64,000 bases of DNA from Neoconidiobolus thromboides FSU 785 (GCA_025603075.1 MU626281.1:1-64000), one strand, 5' to 3'; numbered from the stretch's first letter, positions 1 to 13,230 are shown. Notes: a model not told the origin generated them from the letters alone. Made by a program: numbers and translations.

Positions 1-88
1 TCACATAAACTAAGACCTTTCGACTTATAGTGTAGCCAACCCAGCAATAGCTTTTCTTGACTCTAAACCCTGAGTACCAGATTTCACA
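1..88 (+). mobile_element. 3' end of an LTR, truncated by the window edge
   Basis: Reverse complement matches 62139-62226 at 85/88 nt by manual alignment. Ends in ATTTCACA, the LTR terminal inverted repeat. Confidence 0.8.
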
Positions 89-127
89 ATATTAAACCCA
101 AAACTTTTACATTCATCAAAAGAATAT

Positions 128-224
128 GGGGATGTGTTTTTTTGTTTAAGAATTTTACTACAATCTTTCCACTCAAATAGCGCTTAAAAAATAGAGAAAT
201 AATGAAACTAAAAAAAACAGCCCT
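128..224 (+). mobile_element. MITE copy (forward)
   Basis: GGGGATGTG...AACAGCCCT with ATAT on both sides. Core TTTCCACTCAAATAGCGCTTAAAA shared with the family. Confidence 0.85.
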
Positions 225-794
225 ATATACTGAAGCTATAGTTGATAATAACGCTACTTGTTGATTTATATTTCTTGTTTCCCTTAAAGCACTAATTTTA
301 TACATTGCTTGATTAAGTTTATTATTATCGATGGTAAACTTTGATAATATATCTTTCCTTTGTTTTGTTTTATTACAAAATTCCATAAACCTTGGGTTGC
401 TATAAATAGCCCTTAAAATTGATGTAAACAGATTACAGTGTTTATGTTGTATACTCCTCTCTATTGTATTGAAATTTTCAAAAATCCCATTTCGAAGTTT
501 AGTTATGAAGTTTGCATTTTATTTTTATTTCAACAAAAAATAAATTCAAATAACTGTATCTATATATTATATATCCATATATTACATATTTGATGAACAT
601 TTAATAGAAATAACATAAAACATATAGTTAGAAAAATTAACTATTCAAGAAAAGGAAACAATCAAAATAAGTTTTAAATAAAGAGATTTAATTTAGGCTT
701 TTTAGATTTAACCGCCACATCAGACGCAAATTTAAAAATAAAATTTGGATTAATTTCCAAATAAATTCTGAAACCAATTCGGACAACCCCATAT

Positions 795-888
795 AGTGGT
801 GTTTTTTAGTTTCATTACTTTTTCCATTTTTTCACTCAAATAGTGCTTAAAAGATGGAAAAAGTAATGAAGCCAAAAAAAACATCCCC
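795..888. mobile_element. Chimeric foldback MITE: reverse right arm fused to forward right half
   Basis: 795-832 is the reverse complement of about 849-888, with a perfect 17-bp TTCATTACTTTTTCCAT core. ATAT on both flanks. Confidence 0.7.
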
Positions 889-1067
889 ATATTATTATTC
901 CCCTAATATCATATAAAATTATATGCCCTTTATTGGTAAACATAAATTTATATCTAAATCAACCATTTAAACACTAATTTTTTATATGATAAAACTGATA
1001 TTAATTAGGGTTTCTGGAAGTTGATGTTGAAGCTTCCATTTTTGTTTATCCTATATTAATCTTATAT

Positions 1068-1163
1068 TGTGATGCATTTTTGTGTTTAAAAATTTTACTA
1101 ATGGCTTTTCCACTCAAATAGTACTTAAAATGGAAAAAGTGATGAAACCAAAAAAACACCTCT
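1068..1163 (+). mobile_element. MITE copy (forward, degenerate TIRs)
   Basis: Family core CCACTCAAATAGTACTTAAAATGGAAAAAGTGATGAAACC; ATAT both sides. Confidence 0.8.
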
Positions 1164-2092
1164 ATATAATTGAGATTAGAGTATCAATATTATTTTCGAT
1201 TTAACAGTTATTATGACTAACTTTTACACATTGCTTTTGTAAGTAAAATGTTCAAGTATTTATAATAAATTAGCCCAACTCATTTGCTATATGGAAATAA
1301 TACCTACACTAAATATAAAATTTTAAAACCTCTTTACTAGTTCATTGAATATATAATTTGATTATTTGGAGTCCATTTTGACAGCATATTTAAATGGTTT
1401 GATATGATTTCATAAAAAAATTCAGAACTTTATTTTAATCATATTAGCTGGTCAGATGTCGAAATGGATAAATATTAAACCACCTTACATTTCTTATATG
1501 TCCATACATCATATAATTGGATGGATTATAATCAATCAAAAGAATATTCAATTAAATAAACTTATTCACGGAATTATCAATATTAAGCATTATTTACAAT
1601 GTAAAACCCAAAAATTCATAAAATTACTTAAATAAACTTATTCACAAAATAGTGAGCTGATTGTATCGCGGAAAGTGCTAAAATTAGCAATTTTTTTCTT
1701 GATTTCTAATAGCATAAATGTGAACACAGATTATTTAAAGCTATACAATATGAATCTTCTCTAAAACGATATATCTCGAATATCTAATTGGCATATGTAT
1801 GTTTTAATGTATATAAAAATAATTGTTGAATTCGTATTGCATAATAAAACATCGCACATAATCTAACATAAATAAAATAGATCTATTTTAACTATACAGA
1901 AATGATTTGAACTATAAATATTATTTTTGATATATTAAAAGAATTTAAAAATGTTTTAAAAGATAACATTATCGTCGCTATTTTACTTGAAAATGTAATA
2001 CTGGGCTGCTATTCCTAGAAATACACAACTGTTAAAATAAACCAAAAATTAAAATTTTTATTACGTTACATTAATAGAAGTGGTGAGTATTA

Positions 2093-2911
2093 CTAACTTG
2101 GTGCCGAGTTTGGCTCTGGCTCATTATCTTTATTTTCAAGAAGATGTCTAAAATCAGCCTGAGTTTTTTTTTTCCCATGGTTTTGAAGTACGATGTGTGA
2201 GTTTAGATGATTTAAAGTACCATAAGATTTTTTGCAGTTACTATAAGTGCATGCAAATACCCTGTTAATTTCTTCAAACTTGCGTCTTATCCTCTTAGGC
2301 TTAACTATGGTTGTTAAAGTTCCTTTCCCCAACGGATTTGATTCGATTAGATGTGCATTGTTGTAATAAAGATCTCTTTCGTACCCTCTGGATTGAATCG
2401 GAGTAGCTCGATTAATGTGACTAAAGTTGTTTCCTTGGTAATCCAACTTACCATTATAACTAAATCTTCTATGAATCTGCTCATTATGAGACACATGTTT
2501 GTAGTCTAAGTTGTTTGTTTCATAAGGTTTCAACTCCCTAAAAATCGGCCCAGTTCCATTGGCATTAAGTCTATGTCTCATGGGAGTCAATGCTCCCTTT
2601 GGAATGACATCTGATAAAATATCCCTCAACGGTGGTAGTTTGACATTCTCCGTTGGCTCTCTATATAAATTAGGTATGGGGTGCTGGTTTGGATTAGATC
2701 TATACATACCTTGATGCGGAATATTATAGTAATAATTCCTCGAGCTATAGCTCATCTCATTTTTGTAGCGACTCTTTGATACTGATGAGTCATTTATATA
2801 TGTCTGTTGTGTATAAGGTAAGGTAGTGTAGGGAGTACTCTGATAATAAGCATTTGAAGTTTGATTGAGATGGTTATTTGTGTTTATTAAATCCGTTTTT
2901 TTGGGGTTCAT
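2093..2911 (-). CDS. CON7: Con7/Vta2-family single C2H2 zinc-finger transcription factor (ZF1, 272 aa)
   Basis: KRIRRKFEEINRVFACTYSNCKKSYGTLNHLNSHIVLQNHG matches the Con7-type signature as I recall it (KRPRRRYEEIERMYKC..CEKAYGTLNHLNAH). Single-exon ORF; LPPLRDIL motif. Orthology not tested. Confidence 0.85.
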   Translation of the reverse strand: MNPKKTDLINTNNHLNQTSNAYYQSTPYTTLPYTQQTYINDSSVSKSRYKNEMSYSSRNYYYNIPHQGMYRSNPNQHPIPNLYREPTENVKLPPLRDILSDVIPKGALTPMRHRLNANGTGPIFRELKPYETNNLDYKHVSHNEQIHRRFSYNGKLDYQGNNFSHINRATPIQSRGYERDLYYNNAHLIESNPLGKGTLTTIVKPKRIRRKFEEINRVFACTYSNCKKSYGTLNHLNSHIVLQNHGKKKTQADFRHLLENKDNEPEPNSAPS

Positions 2912-4050
2912 GATAAAAATAAAAGAAAAGTTTTTTTTGAAAATTGTGATTTAACATAGGAAATATAACTAGATTAGTATGGCATCAAAAAAATTACCAT
3001 AACTATTGTGTGTTCTATAACTTATGCCATAAATTTATATTGAGTTAGGCTGCCTATAAAGTAATTTAATCTATTAAACTTATATTCAAATATTTTTATT
3101 GGTTATAATGACAGTGTGCTATGATAAAACATAGTTAATATTATCTAAATTAGACTTTGATACTAAAACTATAAAATAGAAATAAAAGTAAGCTACTAAT
3201 TAAATTTTGAAATACCTGGAATAACTTTTTATTTGGTAATATAAATCCAGAATAAACAGTATAAATATCCAGGTGGTAGAATTATGAGCTTTATTCCGTA
3301 TTTTTGAGTTCAACAAACCGAGTACTACCAACACATATTTCACTTTATAAAATACTTGATATTTAAAAAAGTGATAAAAGAATAGTAAACCAGAGGTGAA
3401 AGCAATTAAATGTATGAATTTAAAGTTCCAATATTTATGAACAAGATAGTAGCATATATATTAAGTTAAATAATACCCTTATTCCTTTAAGCGAAATAAA
3501 ATAAGGTTCTTCCACCTATGTTGGAGTGCTGTTTTGGTCAAAAAATTAGTTGGGATAACAGGTATTCTATTAAGTAACCTTATTAAAATCAGCTTTTGAT
3601 AATAATATTCCTCATAGCCTGAACAAAACTGATTGGGTGGAGTCGTCATATGACCTTATTTGGTAAAGTTATTTGAATTTCCTTAAATGTTAGTATTCAT
3701 CAAGAGCAATAGTTTTTGCCCATGGTGGGCTATAATTATCGGATGATATAAGTTCAATTTAACAAGAGTTCTATTTTAATTAAAATTGTTATATTTGAAT
3801 GTAAATTTTTGGATTGGAACAATATTTTGAAATGTAATTTTAAAACAACAATCAATCATGTTTTAAAAATAAATCAAAATTTAATAAATCAGCTATATTT
3901 TTATATAATATACTCAATTAATTCAGAGAGTAAATAATTATATTCCTTTTAAAAAAAAGTATATACCTATAAAACCTTACTGTCTTTTTACACTTGGGGT
4001 GATACCCTCAAAACTGGATTCCCTAAGCCAGAGTATATTTATTATTATAT

Positions 4051-4148
4051 GAGGATGTTTTTTTCGATTTCATTACTTTTCCATTTTTTAAGCACTATTT
4101 GAGTGGAAAGACTGTCAGTAAAATTCTTAAACACAAAAATACATCCCC
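4051..4148 (-). mobile_element. MITE copy (reverse)
   Basis: GAGGATG...ACATCCCC; ATAT on both sides. Confidence 0.85.
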
Positions 4149-4558
4149 ATATGTTAAATTTAAATCAAAGCTATAATCATAGGGGTAAGCTATCCTTCAC
4201 TAATAGATCGTATTGTTAATGTACTTAGAAGTTGGTAAGAAGGATTTAATTTTAAAACAACAAGTATTCATACACATAATGACTTGTTTTAGAACTTCAG
4301 TAATTTAACGAATTAATTTTACTAAATATTTATTATCATAGTTAGAAATTATAATACTCTTATCTAAAGTATAATTTTAATTTCAAGCATTTAGATAATA
4401 CTTTAGTGCTTAGATTTATATGAATTGGGAATTACAAAAAGTTTTACGTTTGAAGATATAAAATAAGTTACACATGCCGCTTTTGAATACGTTTATTATA
4501 TTAATGACTAGAAAAAATAACAAAAGAATAAAAAAATAAAAAACCAGTAAGATAGAGC

Positions 4559-5149
4559 TTAGTATTGGTAACCTGATGCAATACTCATCTTCTTATATGG
4601 CTCAATAGTATTATGCTTAAGTTTAATATGAGACTTTAAATGGCTACGCGCACCATAGCTTTTATCACAGTTTTCAAAGGGGCATTTAAACCTTCTGTCA
4701 ATTTCACTTGATTTTCTTCTTGGTCTTTTTTCAAATGAACCAATATTAAAGAAATCCAATTCTTGAATTGAAGCTGGAGAAAACGATATTTGGTCATGGT
4801 TAACTACGTTAATTTGTTCAATATCTTCCTTAGTTTGATATAAAATATCACCAAGCACTAAATGGATTGAAGGGAGTTTTTGTGATTGAACTGGTGGCTT
4901 GTTAGTGTCTTGATTGCTCATTACATCACCAAGAATTTCATTAATACTGGGAAGTAAATGACCATCATGCTTTTTTGTCCATGGAGGATGGATATTTACA
5001 AATGGTTCGCTCAAACTAGGTCTCTTTGAGCTACATTTATCTGAAGGTTCTGGTAAAAGACTATTATTGAAGTAGTAGTAGGAGGAAGTATTAGGGTTAC
5101 ATAAAGAAATATCGTTTTCCAAAGGATTTTGTAAAAGTAAATAACTCAT
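4559..5149 (-). CDS. Con7-like single C2H2 finger protein with divergent recognition helix (ZF2, 196 aa)
   Basis: KRPRRKSSEIDRRFKCPFENCDKSYGARSHLKSHIKLKH; two LPSI motifs; TATA-like element about 35 nt upstream. Confidence 0.85.
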   Translation of the reverse strand: MSYLLLQNPLENDISLCNPNTSSYYYFNNSLLPEPSDKCSSKRPSLSEPFVNIHPPWTKKHDGHLLPSINEILGDVMSNQDTNKPPVQSQKLPSIHLVLGDILYQTKEDIEQINVVNHDQISFSPASIQELDFFNIGSFEKRPRRKSSEIDRRFKCPFENCDKSYGARSHLKSHIKLKHNTIEPYKKMSIASGYQY

Positions 5150-5810
5150 TTTAATTTTGATATCAGAGTTACCATAATTCGCATTTATACTATTATTTTG
5201 TATAAAGAGCGAGTAAGGGGCAAATGAAAGTATGAAAAAACACTGGCGTTAAATAATTAAATACTGTATTTTATTTTGATTAAAAATTTTACCACCATTA
5301 AACTAAACATACGCCACTTTAATATAATGAAATATATTATAGCTTATTTAATATCCTTTGATATTCAATATAAATATATATATTGGTCAACAAAAATATA
5401 CTTTATAGCATTTATTAGCAATCGATATAATATATATATCTAGCATATAAATCAGTTAATTTATTACTTTAATATATTTCCATTTTTTTATCAAACCCTA
5501 AAACATACTTAAATAGTATTAAATGTATTCATACTATATATATACTAAAAAACGAAGGATATTTTAAAAGATGGGTGGTATTTTTTTTTAAAAAAAACCT
5601 TTTATCATTTAGTAAAAAGGAGTTATAATAGATCTGGGGAATTGTATTATAGATCGTAAGGCTTTATTTATTGGACCGAGATATCATATAAATTTTATTG
5701 CCGGTTAAGAGACTGGTTCTAGAGTAAAAGAGACTCACTTTATGCAATATAGTACTTTATTTTAATTAAATTGATAGAAACTAAATTTATTTAATTTCAA
5801 AACTATAATC

Positions 5811-5869
5811 TCAATTTTACTCAATTTTACTCAATTTTACTCAATTTTACTCAATTTTACTCAATTTTA
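5811..5869. repeat. 10-bp tandem repeat (TCAATTTTAC) x ~6
   Basis: Five perfect units plus a sixth lacking the last base, read directly. Confidence 0.95.
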
Positions 5870-6644
5870 AATCCAAGCACTTATAAATAATATACCAACT
5901 AACAAATTTAACCGATTCAAGATATGGGTTTTACTTCATAGCATTAATATCTTACTAAAATAGAATCTTACTTATAGATAATTATTTTTTATATTCAAAA
6001 GAATGGCATCTTAAATCGGTTTTTTAAAAATTTTACTACTGAAAAAGCGCCACATTTATCATTCATGATCATTATATAATATTAAAGCCATTATCAAAAC
6101 ATGAATTTGGGCTGAAGGAAATAAAGTTTACTAAATTGTTATTTTAAATTTTGCAGTCTCATACTAAATGCTTTCAAATATCATTTGGCAATTTTTGTTC
6201 AAACCAATGATTATCTAAAGTGCTATTTCCTGAAACAAAATAAATAACTCAAAATTAGTTTGGAAGTAACTTAATCATTTTTTAATAAACGAAAAAGTTA
6301 ATTGTGATTTGTTATTTTAGAACAAGGATTTTTCTTAAAACTTAATTTAGACATTTAGTAAATATCAATAAAAAACTTTAATTTTTAAAATAGTTTACTC
6401 CAATTACAAATTAAGGTGAACATGTTAAATATATTCTTTTATAAATAGTTTTTTTACATTTAGTTTTACACCATTCATTCTATCTATAGAGGATCAAAAC
6501 CCGATAATATTATTATTTTTTTAAAAACTCATAAAGTATACAAAATTATTAACTATTTAAGAACCAAAATACAATTTATTAAATAAACAGAAGTAAGCGG
6601 CAAGCAAACCACCTCTATATCTAGTTAATGCTAAAATTACATGT

Positions 6645-7217
6645 CTAGGGGCGAGTTAAATGATAAAATTCACAAGCTTTTCTTTTTTGGCCATGATTTT
6701 GATTTAAGATGTGTGAATTCAAATGATTTAGAGCGCCATAAGCTTTTGTGCAGCCCGGATGCTCACATTTATAGATACGTTTGACTTCTGAATAAAGTCG
6801 GCGTGGACGTTTTTGATGGAATCCAGCTACCGTACTAAAGGTGCTGTTTACTTGGTTAATAATTAATCTATCGCTCTTTGTATGCATAGAGTCTTCAAAG
6901 GTGGATGAGCAACCATCTTTAGGTGTTGTGAGTTCGCTACTAGATATTTCACTTCTCGTCCTTGACGTGTTATAACTATTTATATGTTTAATAACTTCAG
7001 ACAATGATGGAAGAGAAGCTGTATCTGGAGTATAATTATTAAAATTCATGGGTGGTAGAATTCCGTTTTCGGTAGGAGTAGCATTTCTGCTTGGGTTAGG
7101 AGTAGGGGCATAGTAAGCGTTGTGCTTTTCTTTTTTAAATTTTAAGCTATAGCTCACAATATCATATCCGATAGGAGCAGGAGTTTTGTTTTGAATAGAG
7201 TTATTAATGATAGACAT
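6645..7217 (-). CDS. Con7-like single C2H2 finger protein (ZF3, 190 aa)
   Basis: KRPRRLYSEVKRIYKCEHPGCTKAYGALNHLNSHILNQNHGQKRKACEF; LPPM and LPSL motifs. Confidence 0.88.
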   Translation of the reverse strand: MSIINNSIQNKTPAPIGYDIVSYSLKFKKEKHNAYYAPTPNPSRNATPTENGILPPMNFNNYTPDTASLPSLSEVIKHINSYNTSRTRSEISSSELTTPKDGCSSTFEDSMHTKSDRLIINQVNSTFSTVAGFHQKRPRRLYSEVKRIYKCEHPGCTKAYGALNHLNSHILNQNHGQKRKACEFYHLTRP

Positions 7218-7319
7218 TGGATTATTTACAAAAACACAAATTATGATATTATTTATTAAGGGGATATTTGTCTAAGGAGATAAGTATTAAACTTTTCAAA
7301 ATTAAGGAAATTTCTTTAG

Positions 7320-7330
7320 TTTATATACTT
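7320..7330 (-). promoter_or_regulatory. TATA box of ZF3 (AAGTATATAAA)
   Basis: About 100 nt upstream of the ATG; same decamer upstream of ZF4, ZF5, ZF6 and GPI2. Confidence 0.5.
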
Positions 7331-9336
7331 TGATATTCTCTATATATTTTTAAAATAGCTTTCTATTTTTTGAATAGATTAAATCATCCTGCTAATTTCT
7401 TACGCTTTGTTTATGAATATTCTTTAATTATTTTTAAAATTATTTTGATAAGGAGCGAATAAAATTATATTTAGATAACTAAATTAAAGGTAAAGTTCAT
7501 TATGGAATATTGTCTAAACCCGTGGATACAAATTCCATTTTTTGAGCTCTGTTAATTGGCCCTGGCTTACTAAAAAAGTCGCATCTACTTTTGAGGACTT
7601 TCTAAATGTAGCAAAATAGTTTGATGGATAATTTAATAGCTTATTCTTGAACTTTTACTAATACGACGCACATTTCATTAAGCTATAATTTCCTAAACTC
7701 TATAGTCTTCAATTAAGTTAAATTTTAAACGGATCCCAAGGTCAATGATATGTAATTAATAACATATACTATTAATAAAACTATGCTTGTTAGCTTTAGT
7801 ATGCAAAAAAAGAACTTCTGCATTAAGCACTTTCTATATAAAGAATAAAGGCACCTTTTGAATTACTTTAAAGCACATGAAATGTTAATTAATTAGCTTA
7901 GCTAGAATTCAAAGAACAGTAAACAGATGTCACCTGTAAGGTACAGTTTTAAGATAATTTACTAAATCTTTATTTTCGTTATACTATTAAGTTGAATTTA
8001 TTAGTGTACTCAAAATAAAATCCTAGAGATGACAAATAGAAGTTTATAATTACATATGAAATGACAGTTCAAGGGTTATATAAGGAGTTTATTGATGGTA
8101 GATTTTATTTTATATTTGGTTCGATTTCAATAATAACCATTTTATATATGATTTATCAATTTATTTGGCGGAATAAATGATATTAAATGAGAACATCTAA
8201 ATGCAACAATTAATAACAACAATCCTTGAAATCATCCAATTTACTAACAGAAATTTAAAATATACAACTCAAACTAAATAAGTAGTATGTATTTGCTTGA
8301 AATAGTAAAAAGGCAATTACATTGTTTTAAAATGAGGATGTGTTTAATTGGGTATTAAGCTAGAATAGGAACCATTTATTTTAAATTGAATGAAAAACAA
8401 CATAGATCAAGAAAATAGATCTTTTTGAAAGTATCGTTTCATTTAACAAATATTAGTTTATTATGCACAAATACTATAATACAAAGTAGAAAGCTGCTTT
8501 AAAGTGGTATATACTATTGATTTGTCTTATGTTGTGATAATATAATAAACTACAAAGAATTTTACATTTAGCTTAAATATAAATTTACTTTAGTATCCAG
8601 TTGGAATTTTTTCATTAGGATTTTCTATTATAGGATGACATAGATGCTTTTTGGACCATCCTGAACTTTTAGCTAATTAAATTTAAACATCACTTTAATT
8701 TGCTCCTAGCAACACCCTTTTAGTATTGCTTTATTAGTTCTTACATTACATTAAAGTTGATGACTACTGATAATAGCGTATTTTGTTGATTACGAAATTT
8801 ACTTAAAATGCATTTATATATGTATGGATGTAGCTTTTAAAATAAATATATCTTTATTACTTAAAATTTAATAGGTTTTTTCTCACTTTTCACACTGAAT
8901 TTAGAAATTTGTTTTTTCGCTAATTAGTTATTATAAAAGTCTAGTACGTATTTGTAGAAAAAAGAGATTTATGGTTTTAATGACTGAAAAAAGAGATTTA
9001 TTCATTAATAAAATGAGTACTTAACATAAATAAATAAATTATATTTAACAATATAAAATATATTCAAGCCCTTTAAAAATAATTGTTGAGGGCTTTAAAT
9101 ATTGACTAACCTTTATATACCTTAGATTTCCAAATCAGTTTATATTGTTAGCATATCACAGTTAGGTCTATAGCTTTATAGCATAGAAACATGATGCTAA
9201 CTTTTGTAGAATAAAGAATAGTAGCTTAACTTGTTTAAAGCGTTATAATTTTAGTACACTTATACTTTATTAACTCTATTCATCTTATTAATTTTTCATT
9301 TAATTTAAAAATACAAGCATCGCTAATGAATAGCCT

Positions 9337-9510
9337 CTTATCAATAAAGTAGCTTGGAGAATTGCTACAGAACAAGCATAAAGTACATTAAAAGTATAGT
9401 GGCCTCTTTATTTAAAAACTAAACTAACCATTAAGTTATGAAATCATTTTACCATCTATTCAGCATCACCTCAAAAATACTTGGAAGGACTAAGCCCCCA
9501 AGTCGTTTAT
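9337..9510 (+). pseudogene. Possible decayed retroviral-type integrase fragment
   Basis: One frame with several stops reads WPLYLKTKLTIKL*NHFTIYSASPQKYLEGLSP, spaced like the W..YL...L....H....SP...L.G..P pattern after the rve core. By-eye match only. Confidence 0.25.
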
Positions 9511-11343
9511 TAGCAAATAAGATTAATAAAAATTTAATGAGGAGGGAAAATGGGTAACTTGCTCATAGCTTCTCTTCCTTGTTATTTACGGACAATCTAG
9601 CCATATCATTTATTATGAGTCGTAATTTTTAGTACAACCTTGTATATATTAGGATGTATATTAAATAATTAAACCACTCTTCAAATTCAACTTGTATTAC
9701 AACAAATAACAATATTGTTTTAATAGATAATGTTAAATCATTTACTATCAATTATTAAGCTAAAGTTTTTCAATTAAAATCTTAAGGGACCATAATAAAT
9801 TTAAAATTATAACATTTAATTTAGAATTTTAATTTATGGGCTAGCTTTATTGACTATACACATTGTATGAATTAAAATAATAAAATGTACAGTTTTTGTT
9901 ATACTTAATATATATAGAAGTGTATTCAAAAGTTGATCCCTGGTTTGAAATTTAAAATTTATTTTTAGGATTAACTATATTCTGTGTAACAGTTAGCAAT
10001 CTAAGTTGTGTTGTAAATAAAATCCGAAGATTTAAAAAATCAAATCTTTATAATCTAATTCTGCTTAAACTTTAGAGGTTTTTTAATAATTTTTAAGAAT
10101 AAGTTGGAGTTATTATTTCATTAAATATATATAATGTGTGCTTTTATTTAACCTCTTATTGAAGTTATTTTATTATTTATTAAGCTTATTATACAAGTAA
10201 CTTTTCTTTTAAAAAACTATTAGAGCTTAATAACTCTATAAGGCTATTTAGTTTCTTTTTGTTATAGATAGATTGAATGACCATATTTGAATAATTTTTT
10301 AATCGTTTAAAAGTTGATTTGTTTTAAAATTACCTGTTATTTAGCTTGAATAATATTATTAAACCGTTTATTGTAAAATAATAAAACTAACCATTTAAAA
10401 TATATTATGGTCCATTTAAACTAGATCGTCTGGTACGATATTATTTAAAAAATAGGATTTACAATGTCATGATTAAACCCTCTTTAAAGAATTAAGTGTC
10501 AAAAGTAGCTAGTGGTGTTTATTCTTGTATAAAAATAAAGAATAAATTCCTAGTAAAGCATTTTCTTATCTTTTATGAAAGAAATTGTCTAAAAATAGTT
10601 ACGTAGAACTTTTGTCTATAAATGTGTGTATTGTTTTAGTTGACTTTTAACTTTTACAATTGTACTAAAAACTAACTATTTATTATGATCATACGTTTAA
10701 TATGCTAAAAGTGTATATCAAAAATTACTCATTTTATTTAAAGAAAAAAACTTTGATGGCTGTAAGGTATATAAAAAACATGACATAAATTTCTATAGAA
10801 GCCAATTTAATAACAATTTATAATTATAATTAATAATTTGAGATAAAATAATGTAAAAATGGGGTTTTGAACTTTATAACTATTAAAAAATAAAATTCAA
10901 TAATAGAAGCGTATTCTTTAAATTCTTTTCTAATACTTGAGTTTATATAGTATTAAAATAATTTGTTATTACTTTTAATTATTATAAAAGTCTAGCTATG
11001 ATTAGTCAATATCGGCTTTTATACAAAAATAGCTGAACTATCATCATAGTCTTATAATAAAATTCTTAAACTTAAGGTCAATAAAATACTATTATGAAAC
11101 TATTTATAATGTGAAAAACAGAGTTGGACAGGGAAATCAAATATAGTCATTAGTTGCTACAATTGAAAGTTCTCGATTCTATTTTTACTAATATTTTTAA
11201 ATTTTGCAGGCTCAATTAAGCTTAACCAAAAACTACCTCAAAATTTTAACATCTTATACATCATAATACTTGAAAATTAGATAGAATGAGAAAAAAAATT
11301 CTAATTACTAGTGGTCAAAATAGGAACCAAATATTTAAAATAT

Positions 11344-11438
11344 GAGGATGTATTTTTTTGTTTAAGAATTTTACTAGCAATTTTTCTACTTAAATAGTAT
11401 TTAAAAAGCGGAAAGTGATGGAACCAAAAAAACACCCC
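11344..11438 (+). mobile_element. MITE copy (forward)
   Basis: GAGGATGTATTTT...AAAAAACACCCC; flanks ATAT/ATAG. Confidence 0.8.
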
Positions 11439-13217
11439 ATAGGATATTTAGTATTAACTCTAAAACTTAAATACATATCCCAGTGACTTTAAAAGTTAGC
11501 TTGATTATATTTCATCCAATGATATGATTATATCGATATACAAAAAATGTAAACGTTATTTTATAGAAACATAAAATTTAGTGTATAACTTTTTTCAAGC
11601 CAGTCCATTTCAGCTCAAACATACTTTAAAAGGCAATAAAACATACTTTAAAAGGTAACAAAACATAATTTGTTTAAATGAGATTTTATGCTAGTCTAAT
11701 TTTTAGTTATTTATTAGTCAGAAATTTTATAACTAGCATTTGTAGCTCTTATTATAGTTCTATTTATTTAGCTATTGTTTATTTAATAGTGTATGTTGCT
11801 ATTAAATATACTTAACTATTAATCTTTATTTAATTTTCATAGTTTGAAATACAGACAAATGTTATAACATAATTGTCACAATATCGTAAAACTATAAATA
11901 TTGCTGTAACAACCAAAGGCTTGCAGGAAAGGTGCTGGCATTAAGTATAATTTAACAAAGAATTTAATTAAGTTCGGCTTTAATACAGTTTAGCCTAAAA
12001 ACCTTAACAATCAACCCTATTAATATTAAAAAAAGCAAAACTATAGTAAGATGACAAAGCGCCTTAGCAAATAAATCAACTCAAATAGAAACCCTACTCC
12101 GTTATATTGGCCTGAAAGTTAAATATCATGCATTCCTACTGTTCTAATAGTTTGATCGGTAGTATATAGGTATACAATATTATACTTTAATGATTATCTC
12201 GGCAAATCTTTAATTTTGAGGCTATATTTAATGTAAAATCTAGTTTAATTTAAAAATAAACCTTTCTTTATTAGCTTAATTTATAACTTTATCCTTTATT
12301 TTTTATTAATGCAATTTATAAAAAACAGTACTAATCTGCTACCATCGGATTAAGGAATCATTTGCATTAAAATAAATAAAAGTAGTTTAATAATAATAGA
12401 ATAATAGTATGAAGTTTTAGATATAAATTTCAAGTTAATTTCGTTTCAATTGATTTTGAGTGCTTTAAATAGCTTTCACTTTATAAAATTTAAGCTATTA
12501 AACTAGTACAAAATGCTTACCTTTATCTACGTTTTATGAATCAATTTTAGCATAAATAAGCTAAATAGCTTTTATAAAAGTAGTTAGAAGGTACTCCCAA
12601 TCATTTTACTTCCATGATTTAAGTTATCATAACTCCAATCTAAAATAATTTTGCATAAAAATGCTATTCTTTTTATACTATATAGTTAACTCGCCATTGG
12701 CTCAAGCCTATTTTAATAAGTCTAGTTCAACTTTAGTATTAAATAATTTAATTTAAATAATAGTAACTTGACTATAAGCTTAATCTTAGTTTTAATTGTT
12801 AGACCTTTGAATTATTTACAAAGATCTGTCTTAGGTTTTAATATACTTGAAATACAATACTATTATATTTACAATACTAAATTTATATTTAGTAGATTTT
12901 AACATTTCTTCAAAGTCAAAATATTTCTAGCTTAAATTGAAGTGACTAAAATAAAATTTATAATGATTAAAATAAAGTATATTTTTATTAAATTTTTAAA
13001 ATAGATAAAATAATAGTATAGCAACTAAGCAATTAAAAAGAGTGGTTCGTGAATAAGATGAAAGCAAATTTACTGTTTTAATAGGTACTTCTCAATATTT
13101 ATTTATATTTATAAAATAGACACCCTTACTACAGTGAAACAAGTATAAGGAGCGCCTACTTAAAAAAATCGGTATATACTATAAATTCAATTTAATTTAA
13201 GCTATGCATTAATCTCT

Positions 13218-13230
13218 AAAAGTATATAAA
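13218..13230 (+). promoter_or_regulatory. TATA box of ZF4 (AAAAGTATATAAA)
   Basis: 60 nt upstream of the ATG at 13290. Confidence 0.55.

Noticed and set aside
84-386. 100-aa minus-strand ORF
   Set aside because: Reads through a MITE and AT-rich spacer; no protein-like features.
400-413. CTATAAATAGCCCT identical to the ZF7 TATA region (30475-30488)
   Set aside because: No ORF follows; a 14-bp AT-rich match can be chance.
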